From positions 1 to 34,246 of the IMG/VR virus record IMGVR_UViG_2529292882_000018: a stretch of DNA of 34,246 nucleotides; one strand, written 5' to 3'. Both the position numbers and the translations under genes were made by a program. This document shows positions 28,187 through 34,246 of the stretch, one piece after another. Origin of the DNA: a virus (lineage: Duplodnaviria; Heunggongvirae; Uroviricota; Caudoviricetes). The notes beneath the pieces are model-generated. The model had not been told where the DNA came from. It did no database searches and saw only the letters and a list, made by a program, of their open reading frames with translations. Position 1 is the first letter of the stretch. Each line of letters opens with the position of its first letter.

Positions 28187-28357
28187 ATGAAGAATAAACT
28201 TAAGAAATATTTTGGTTATCTCTTGATTGTCGCCCTCACTTATAACGTAGCAATTAGACCTCTGCTAACGTCCTTTGGGCTTGAACTCCCGGCTATGACC
28301 GTGGATGAACAATTGCTAAGGACACTGGCGGGGGTCTTTTCGTTATTAGGGGGCTAA
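28187..28357 (+). CDS. small membrane protein, holin candidate (not in ORF track)
   Basis: 56-codon ORF with AAAGGGGTGA RBS; MKNKLKKYFGYLLIVALTYNVAI... contains hydrophobic stretches; stop abuts next gene start. Confidence 0.35.
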   Translation: MKNKLKKYFGYLLIVALTYNVAIRPLLTSFGLELPAMTVDEQLLRTLAGVFSLLGG

Positions 28358-28358
28358 C

Positions 28359-29042
28359 ATGGCAACCAGTACCAATAAACGAAACGCTCTAAGGACTAAG
28401 AAAGCGTTGAGGCAATGGTCTGAAAAGGCAACAGATACATTCGAAAGGGCACTAGGGGAAGGGGCGATCTTTGCTTCCAGAGCACTCCAGAAGAAGATTA
28501 ACAAGAATGTTGATAGACCTACTCGCTGGACTCAGCAAGCTGTAGGTAATACCAACTACAAGAACCGATCAGGGACGAGACACCAAATCTTCATCAAGGG
28601 TGCAAGGGATAAGGATAAGAAGATCGGCAGTCAGGACGACTATCTGAAACACTATTTCGATGGTGGCAAAATCAATAAGCTAGTTCCAATCGCCAACGGT
28701 AAGGTCTTAGACGCTCACGGGAACATTAAGGCCATCAAAGGCGGTAAGATGATGCGTAACCTCGAAAACGGCAACTTCATCAAGGTAGAGAACAAGGAAG
28801 GGACTTTTATCATGAAGAAGTACAAGCCTAAGAAATCCCGAACCAAACGCGCTAGGAATGGATCGGCGGTGGCAAAACGTCGCTTAGAGAAACGCATACA
28901 GAAACAGAGCAAGCGAATTGTTGCCGTTAAATCGGATAAAATTTCTACTCGTTATTCGACGCTAGGATCGTGGGAAAGCAACGAAGCAATGATGCTTGAA
29001 AACATCAATAAGCACATTAAATCGCGCATGAAATACGTTTAA
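28359..29042 (+). CDS. highly basic hypothetical protein
   Basis: 227-aa ORF, Lys/Arg-rich throughout. Confidence 0.5.
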   Translation: MATSTNKRNALRTKKALRQWSEKATDTFERALGEGAIFASRALQKKINKNVDRPTRWTQQAVGNTNYKNRSGTRHQIFIKGARDKDKKIGSQDDYLKHYFDGGKINKLVPIANGKVLDAHGNIKAIKGGKMMRNLENGNFIKVENKEGTFIMKKYKPKKSRTKRARNGSAVAKRRLEKRIQKQSKRIVAVKSDKISTRYSTLGSWESNEAMMLENINKHIKSRMKYV

Positions 29043-29080
29043 TCAATAAATACCCTCATAGAATCTTATGGGGGTATAAC

Positions 29081-29428
29081 ATGGCTAAAAATATTTTCAC
29101 TGAATTTCCTACTTATCCGGTCGATCAGCTTTCCGGTATTTTTATTAATGGCATTAGCCCAGAATCTATGACACATGATTTTGAGGCGAAGAGAGTTAAA
29201 CATAAACAATATAAAGAATGTATCCGCGATCATGAAAAAGGGACCGTGTTTTGTGTCGCTACATTGGCTAAACGTCCTAAGTATCGTTTTCGTGTAGGAC
29301 AAGAAGTTGATGTGGTTAATCCTTATAGCTTTAACTGTCTGGGCGATGCACGCGCGGTGTGTGTAGGCACTGCTCCTTATTATATCAAGGGTATGCGCTT
29401 TATTGGTTATATCTTCGAAATGATCTAA
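29081..29428 (+). CDS. hypothetical protein
   Basis: 115-aa ORF. Confidence 0.5.
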   Translation: MAKNIFTEFPTYPVDQLSGIFINGISPESMTHDFEAKRVKHKQYKECIRDHEKGTVFCVATLAKRPKYRFRVGQEVDVVNPYSFNCLGDARAVCVGTAPYYIKGMRFIGYIFEMI

Positions 29429-29437
29429 GGGGGTAAT

Positions 29438-29791
29438 ATGTTAAGTAAGCATTTTTCTCGCAAGGAATTTAAATGTAAATGCGGAAAATGTGATTATGAT
29501 ACAATCGACGCTGAATTACTGGTGATTCTTGAGGATGTACGAGAGCACTTCGGTAAACCAGTGATTATTAACAGTGGCAACCGTTGCCCGACTCATAACA
29601 AGAATGTAGGCGGGGCAGCCAATAGCTATCACGTTCGAGGCCGCGCGGCTGACATTGTTATCAAGGGTGTCTCGCCTGATATTGTTCATGCTTATCTTGA
29701 TGGGAAATATCCTACTCAATACGGCTTAGGAAAATATAAAACCTTTACGCATATTGATTCCAGATCAAAAAAATCACGGTGGAATGGATAA
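29438..29791 (+). CDS. endolysin, peptidase M15-type
   Basis: 117 aa; SGNRCPTHNKNVGGAANSYHVRGRAADI and THIDSR fit the zinc-binding H/D/H pattern of M15 peptidase endolysins. Confidence 0.8.
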   Translation: MLSKHFSRKEFKCKCGKCDYDTIDAELLVILEDVREHFGKPVIINSGNRCPTHNKNVGGAANSYHVRGRAADIVIKGVSPDIVHAYLDGKYPTQYGLGKYKTFTHIDSRSKKSRWNG

Positions 29792-30155
29792 AACAAAAGC
29801 GCCTCTGGTGGGCGCTTTTTTGTTAGAATATGCTGGCGACGTTAGCTATATTTCTGACCATTTTTTCATTATAGACAAATATACCGCAGATGATAAAGTG
29901 GTATTCGACGAAGTTGATCCGTCTCTGGTTGAAGCAATGAAAGAACCTGAGATCGTCATTGAAGAAACAAAAGAAGAATCTCCGGCAATTGAACCAGTGG
30001 TCGAAGAAGTTACGTCAGATGTTGAAGAAGCACCGGAAGTTAAAGTAGAATCTCCGGTAGCAAACATTTTCTCTGACGAAGCAGAGCATCGTTCTCCTGC
30101 ACATGATACTGATTCATTTTGTGATCTTACTGGTTTCCAAAACTACAATAATTAA
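29754..30155 (+). CDS. acidic Glu/Pro/Val-rich hypothetical protein, start uncertain
   Basis: Track ORF starts at TTG 29754 and runs through the terminator; in-frame GTG 29898 or ATG 29937 are alternative starts. Confidence 0.35.
   Translation: MIPDQKNHGGMDKTKAPLVGAFLLEYAGDVSYISDHFFIIDKYTADDKVVFDEVDPSLVEAMKEPEIVIEETKEESPAIEPVVEEVTSDVEEAPEVKVESPVANIFSDEAEHRSPAHDTDSFCDLTGFQNYNN
29798..29822 (+). terminator. intrinsic terminator after endolysin
   Basis: AGCGCC-TCTGGTG-GGCGCT hairpin followed by TTTTTTG. Confidence 0.75.
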
Positions 30156-30199
30156 TTCTTATAAATAGTAGTGAACTTATTATTTTCGAGGACACTACT

Positions 30200-31198
30200 A
30201 TGAATACTACTTTAGCAAAGGATATCGAATTTACCACAAAAAGCAAACGTGCGACCCCTCCGGTCGAATATGAAACCAGAATCATTAAAGTTTGTCAAGT
30301 GCATGGGTGGTTATACAGTGGTTTTGTGCTTCCTGTAAAGAAACCATTCCAGAACACCAAAGTTTGCATAGAAGTTAACGGAAAGGTTAAAACGCCATGT
30401 ATTAGTCATGTTCTAACTGGTCAGTTTACTGGCAAAGATAGAGTATCACCGCCTAAGAAGAAGTTTAGATTTACCGAAGAAGAACACTTAGAAAACGCTC
30501 GCAAGTTCTACAAGCCGATAGGGTGGGATGTGTTAGGTCTGGCTGAACCTTATCAGGGTGTTGACACTAAACTAATTCTTCGTTGTAAGTGCCACGGAAA
30601 GATTCACAAGAAAGGTGATTTACACAATAACCGCAGACAAGGCGGGTTAACATGCCCTTTGGTTAGGGGTGTACTTAAATCAATTCAGAATGGTAGAAAA
30701 CAGGTTATCAGAAACAAGTTTGCACAGCGCCCTATGCACTTTTATCTAATTCGTGTTGGCGAGAAGTTTTTCAAATATGGAATTACCACTCGCAAAGATC
30801 CGATGCAACGGGTAAGAGAACACCAGAAGCACACCAGCGAGAAAATCACCTTTGAATGCTCACATTTGTTTAACATTGGATGGAAAGCTGGTGATTTAGA
30901 AATGGGGATTAAAAAGAATATTCAGGGCAAGAAAATCCCACGTAAGGTAATGAATAGCGGATTCACAGAAACGCTACCGATTAGCAAGTTGAAAGATGTT
31001 AAATCATTCATCAATGAATACATCCACACCAACCCATCTAAGCCAATGTATTTTGATGATACCAACGCAATCAATCTGAACAACTACATTAGTGATGAAG
31101 ACATAGAACGAGATTTATCGCAGTGGATGAATGCACCGTTAGCTGATTTAACACCGGAAGACTTAGAACTCGATTTAAGCCCTTTAGAGGCTCTTTAA
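30200..31198 (+). CDS. Cys/His-rich protein with GIY-YIG-like (T5orf172-like) segment
   Basis: 332 aa; FYLIRVGEKFFKYGITTR...RVREHQ resembles the GIY-YIG core; N-terminal Cys/His clusters suggest zinc binding; leader shares 22-bp element with gene at 3294. Confidence 0.5.
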   Translation: MNTTLAKDIEFTTKSKRATPPVEYETRIIKVCQVHGWLYSGFVLPVKKPFQNTKVCIEVNGKVKTPCISHVLTGQFTGKDRVSPPKKKFRFTEEEHLENARKFYKPIGWDVLGLAEPYQGVDTKLILRCKCHGKIHKKGDLHNNRRQGGLTCPLVRGVLKSIQNGRKQVIRNKFAQRPMHFYLIRVGEKFFKYGITTRKDPMQRVREHQKHTSEKITFECSHLFNIGWKAGDLEMGIKKNIQGKKIPRKVMNSGFTETLPISKLKDVKSFINEYIHTNPSKPMYFDDTNAINLNNYISDEDIERDLSQWMNAPLADLTPEDLELDLSPLEAL

Positions 31199-31213
31199 TA
31201 CAATTAAATTAAA

Positions 31214-31235
31214 AAGGGGTACAGATGTACCCCTT
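31214..31235 (-). terminator. perfect 10-bp inverted repeat AAGGGGTACA-GA-TGTACCCCTT, probable terminator of recombinase gene
   Basis: Lies between converging genes; on minus transcript the hairpin is followed by TTTTAATTTAATT. Confidence 0.5.
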
Positions 31236-31271
31236 AAAGTGTTTAGCTCGTTATACGTCGATTTAGGCCGC

Positions 31272-32951
31272 TTAAATTCCAAATTCCTGTAATGGACCTG
31301 GTATTTCCTCTTCTGGTTTCCAGTTCTTATCTGTCAGCATGTCTAAACATGGATGCAAAACAAGCCCGTTACTTTCCAGAATCTGTCTATCATTGATAGT
31401 TTTCAAATCAATGAATATCCGGCCTTTCCTCGTTCCTCTTGAATTTTCTATTACAACTCTCTGGGTCTTTCCATCGATGTATTCCAGTACAAACAAGTTT
31501 TTGTTTCTGTCAATCCTGCTACACCCGATCCGCTTTAGAGCTTGCTTAATCTTAAACCGGACCTTTAGTCGTTCCTCGTTATAAACATCTTCTAAATCAA
31601 ATTCTGCGAGCTTCTCCCAGCCTTGAGAGTCCACAGAATACATTTCCTCTTCTGCCATCTTGATCTGATTGTAGAGTGTTTCACGCTCGCTATTGAGGGT
31701 AGTAATCTGATCGGCTAGCTCCTTCGTTGCTCCTGTCATAGCAGAAAGGGCAATCAGGTTATCAATCTTGCGTGATATCTCATCAACCTGTACTTTCAAA
31801 GCCGGAACCGGATTAGCCTTATCCTCAGCAATCCAGATTTTATCAGCCAGCAATTGCAATACAGCTTTCTCTAATTGATCCCCTCGAAAACTCCAGTTTG
31901 GATGCTCGCAATCAAGTCTACGTGAACGGGTCGCATCACATGTATAACGATACTGGTCAGAACGTTTGTTTGTTCCCTTCACTTTAACCATAGCGCAACC
32001 GCAATGATCACATTTCAATAGGCCAATGCCACTAAGCAGGGGGATCGGTTTAGCTTCTTCCTTGTCTCCAAAGTTCCATGCTCTAGCACCAATATTTTTC
32101 TTAAGGTGATAGAACGTAGCATCATCAATAACACGAGGGTAATAATCCTTTAACTCATAGTTAACGCCATCTACAGAGACTTCCTTGATACCAATCAAAG
32201 CGCGGGTATGGAACAACCTTTCAACCATTGCCCGTGACCATTTTGAATGCTTCTTATTACTAACCGCTGGTGGCGGTGTATATGTCTCGTTAAGGTGATC
32301 CAGTATTTCGGCGGTTGAACGTCCATTCTTCCGTAATTCCACAATCTCCTGAACAACAGGGAAGTACACCGGATGAGGCAGCACATAACCGGAAGTGGTA
32401 TCAGTCCACCACATATTCTTTCCAACTTCCTCGATAGCCACTGCCGGATTTTGTGGATTTTCTTGATGAGCTTTAATCTTAATCAATGCGCTTGAGTTAG
32501 TACGATTGCGCTTAGTCTGGCTTTCCTCATTACCACGGATGAATAAAAGGATGGAGAACATCAGGTCCATCGGGTTAGCGGTAACAGTATCCAGCGAGTA
32601 GATCTTGTTATCCATGCCAGTAACAATGGTTATTCCCCTACGGATGATTGAAAGGAATAACTCCTGCGCACTGACAATATCGGCACGGGATAAACGGTCC
32701 AAGTTTTCGATGAATAGCCAGCTACCAACAGGAACGGATCTACCTATTGCATCAAGGAAACGAGATAGCGCCCCTGTTTTGGAGTTAGCACCTTTAAACG
32801 CAGATACACCCAGATCCTGATAATCATTTACCAGTTCAAGGTCATACTTTGCCGCAATCTCTCTCGCCATCCTGATTTGTCGTTCATAACTCGAACCATC
32901 ATTCTGACGCATAGACGAGAAGCGAATATACGAATATAGTTTAGTTTTCAT
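31272..32951 (-). CDS. large serine recombinase
   Basis: 559 aa; N-terminal YIRFSSMRQ serine-recombinase catalytic motif and ENLDRLSR block; CDHCGC...C...C zinc-ribbon; C-terminal coiled-coil. Confidence 0.85.
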   Translation of the reverse strand: MKTKLYSYIRFSSMRQNDGSSYERQIRMAREIAAKYDLELVNDYQDLGVSAFKGANSKTGALSRFLDAIGRSVPVGSWLFIENLDRLSRADIVSAQELFLSIIRRGITIVTGMDNKIYSLDTVTANPMDLMFSILLFIRGNEESQTKRNRTNSSALIKIKAHQENPQNPAVAIEEVGKNMWWTDTTSGYVLPHPVYFPVVQEIVELRKNGRSTAEILDHLNETYTPPPAVSNKKHSKWSRAMVERLFHTRALIGIKEVSVDGVNYELKDYYPRVIDDATFYHLKKNIGARAWNFGDKEEAKPIPLLSGIGLLKCDHCGCAMVKVKGTNKRSDQYRYTCDATRSRRLDCEHPNWSFRGDQLEKAVLQLLADKIWIAEDKANPVPALKVQVDEISRKIDNLIALSAMTGATKELADQITTLNSERETLYNQIKMAEEEMYSVDSQGWEKLAEFDLEDVYNEERLKVRFKIKQALKRIGCSRIDRNKNLFVLEYIDGKTQRVVIENSRGTRKGRIFIDLKTINDRQILESNGLVLHPCLDMLTDKNWKPEEEIPGPLQEFGI

Positions 32952-32960
32952 ACCATTTCC

Positions 32961-33000
32961 AAAACAAAAAGCCCCTACCGCGTATTATAACGATAGGGGC
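32961..33000 (-). terminator. intrinsic terminator for minus-strand gene 33017-33262
   Basis: GCCCCTA...TAGGGGC hairpin preceded on + strand by AAAACAAAAA. Confidence 0.65.
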
Positions 33001-33016
33001 ATTGGTTAGTAAGTCA

Positions 33017-33262
33017 TTAATATTTCTTTCCAGTTAGTTTTGCATCACGTTTATTAATATCCTCGATATGACTCCATACACACGCAGTAATAAAGTCGTC
33101 ATCGTCACCAACTCCGGCAACCTGTGCTAATTCAGTACACAGTTGATTTAAAGAAGGTGCAACGGCAGCACGCTTGACACTATCACCCTGTACATATTGT
33201 TCGGCATTTGCAGCACCAACCAAACCCAGAGCAAGAACAACACCCGCGATAATCTTTTTCAT
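33017..33262 (-). CDS. small secreted/periplasmic protein
   Basis: 81 aa; N-terminal MKKIIAGVVLALGLVGAANA signal-peptide-like segment, two Cys, DDDD run. Confidence 0.55.
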   Translation of the reverse strand: MKKIIAGVVLALGLVGAANAEQYVQGDSVKRAAVAPSLNQLCTELAQVAGVGDDDDFITACVWSHIEDINKRDAKLTGKKY

Positions 33263-33307
33263 AGTAGAATTTCCTCTTGTTATTTGAATTACGATATATT
33301 TATATCG

Positions 33308-33433
33308 TTAAAAATTGATGCTAATTACCAGACCAAACACAACCGCACCAATCAAATCAATCCAGTTAATACACAATCCGCTATATTCTTTCTTGAATGT
33401 CTTAGATGAAATGCCATCATGAAATTGTTTCAT
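33308..33433 (-). CDS. 41-aa peptide with C-terminal hydrophobic segment (not in ORF track)
   Basis: Hand translation MKQFHDGISSKTFKKEYSGLCINWIDLIGAVVFGLVISINF; GGGGTG upstream; start is 4 nt from upstream peptide stop. Confidence 0.35.
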   Translation of the reverse strand: MKQFHDGISSKTFKKEYSGLCINWIDLIGAVVFGLVISINF

Positions 33434-33436
33434 TGC

Positions 33437-33517
33437 TCACCCCATACTAACGACAAGATAAGAAAGACTAATCATAGTTGTGAGACTACCTCCCACGAAT
33501 GAGATAAAAGCTAACAT
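33437..33517 (-). CDS. 26-aa hydrophobic peptide (not in ORF track)
   Basis: Hand translation MLAFISFVGGSLTTMISLSYLVVSMG; GGAGA RBS 7 nt upstream. Confidence 0.3.
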   Translation of the reverse strand: MLAFISFVGGSLTTMISLSYLVVSMG

Positions 33518-33534
33518 GTTTGATTCTCCAGTTT

Positions 33535-33560
33535 AAAAAGCGGTGGGAATTGCACCCACC
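33535..33560 (-). terminator. intrinsic terminator after gene 33575-33961
   Basis: GGTGGG-AATTGCA-CCCACC hairpin preceded on + strand by AAAAAG. Confidence 0.65.
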
Positions 33561-33574
33561 AAATTAGAAATTAA

Positions 33575-33961
33575 TTAAGCGCGAACGATGGTCAGAGTAT
33601 CCAGCAAACCTTTTTCGTATAATTCGAAACACGTTTTATATTGCTCAATCTGGAAACCATAGCGGGTGATCTTATTCAGTAGGACAATCGCGCTATTCTC
33701 ATCTAGGTATTGTCCTTGCTTACCAATTACATATGACTCGCGGGATAGTTTCAGCTTACGGAAACCTTTAACACCTAATTCCTTAGCCACCGCTTTAATC
33801 TCTTTAATCTCACCCTCAGCCGCAACATATTCAGCGTCGATAATCTCAGGTGATGATCTCAGTGCTACCAGAACTAAGGCCATTGCTTCTTCTTCGGTAC
33901 GAGCAACACCAGCTTTCTCGAAAGTCATCTCACCAAATTTACGAATCATGATATTGAACAT
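33575..33961 (-). CDS. hypothetical protein
   Basis: 128-aa ORF. Confidence 0.55.
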   Translation of the reverse strand: MFNIMIRKFGEMTFEKAGVARTEEEAMALVLVALRSSPEIIDAEYVAAEGEIKEIKAVAKELGVKGFRKLKLSRESYVIGKQGQYLDENSAIVLLNKITRYGFQIEQYKTCFELYEKGLLDTLTIVRA

Positions 33962-33973
33962 TGTTTTGCTGCC

Positions 33974-34246
33974 TTACTTCTTGCTGATAAACTCTTTAGC
34001 GATAAAGTTGATTACTTCTTTCAGCTTCTTGTCTGTATCGATGCACGCCGGTAATTCTTCTTTAATCTCCTGCGGCAGATACACATTGCCTTTAAAGTGG
34101 AGGAAACCATCATTACCAATCATGTAGGAGAACATCCATTCACAATCGTTATCCGCTTCCCAGAACGCTACGGTCTCATCGCCAATCAAGGTAATGTCCA
34201 TGTTGCGACGTGCTGCGTAGTTGATGATTGCTTTGCCGATGTTCAT
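33974..34246 (-). CDS. hypothetical protein, may extend beyond window edge
   Basis: 90-aa ORF whose start codon is the last three bases of the window. Confidence 0.45.
   Translation of the reverse strand: MNIGKAIINYAARRNMDITLIGDETVAFWEADNDCEWMFSYMIGNDGFLHFKGNVYLPQEIKEELPACIDTDKKLKEVINFIAKEFISKK

Noticed and set aside
1-34246. tRNA or other canonical RNA genes
   Set aside because: No cloverleaf-compatible sequence or T-loop-like motif was recognised by eye; a tRNA scan would be needed to be certain.

Overview
The window reads as about 34 kb of a tailed dsDNA phage (siphovirus-type) genome or prophage from an enterobacterial-like host; all calls rest on reading the ORF translations and DNA by eye, with no database search. 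Layout: (1) 1-6.2 kb, an early/accessory region with minus-strand genes, a 1.4-kb non-coding stretch packed with repeat families and hairpins, a near-consensus sigma70 promoter, and a Rha-family regulator; (2) 6.2-27.8 kb, a lambda-like morphogenesis module on the + strand: GpA-type large terminase, portal, a fused prohead protease-scaffold-capsid ORF, connector candidates, a long side fibre with C-terminal intramolecular chaperone domain, three tandem small paralogs, gpV-like tail tube, G/T chaperone pair, tape measure, M/L/K-like tip proteins and a J-like central fibre; (3) 27.9-30.2 kb, a lysis region with an M15-type endolysin; (4) 30.2-34.2 kb, a Zn-finger/GIY-YIG-like protein, a large serine recombinase, and minus-strand small genes including two unannotated hydrophobic peptides. 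No tRNA, rRNA or CRISPR array was recognised. Most worth follow-up: the 11-mer repeat array, the absence of a small terminase where one is expected, the triplicated fibre-associated genes, and a stop-free in-frame extension after the capsid stop codon. Exact phage identity is not established.
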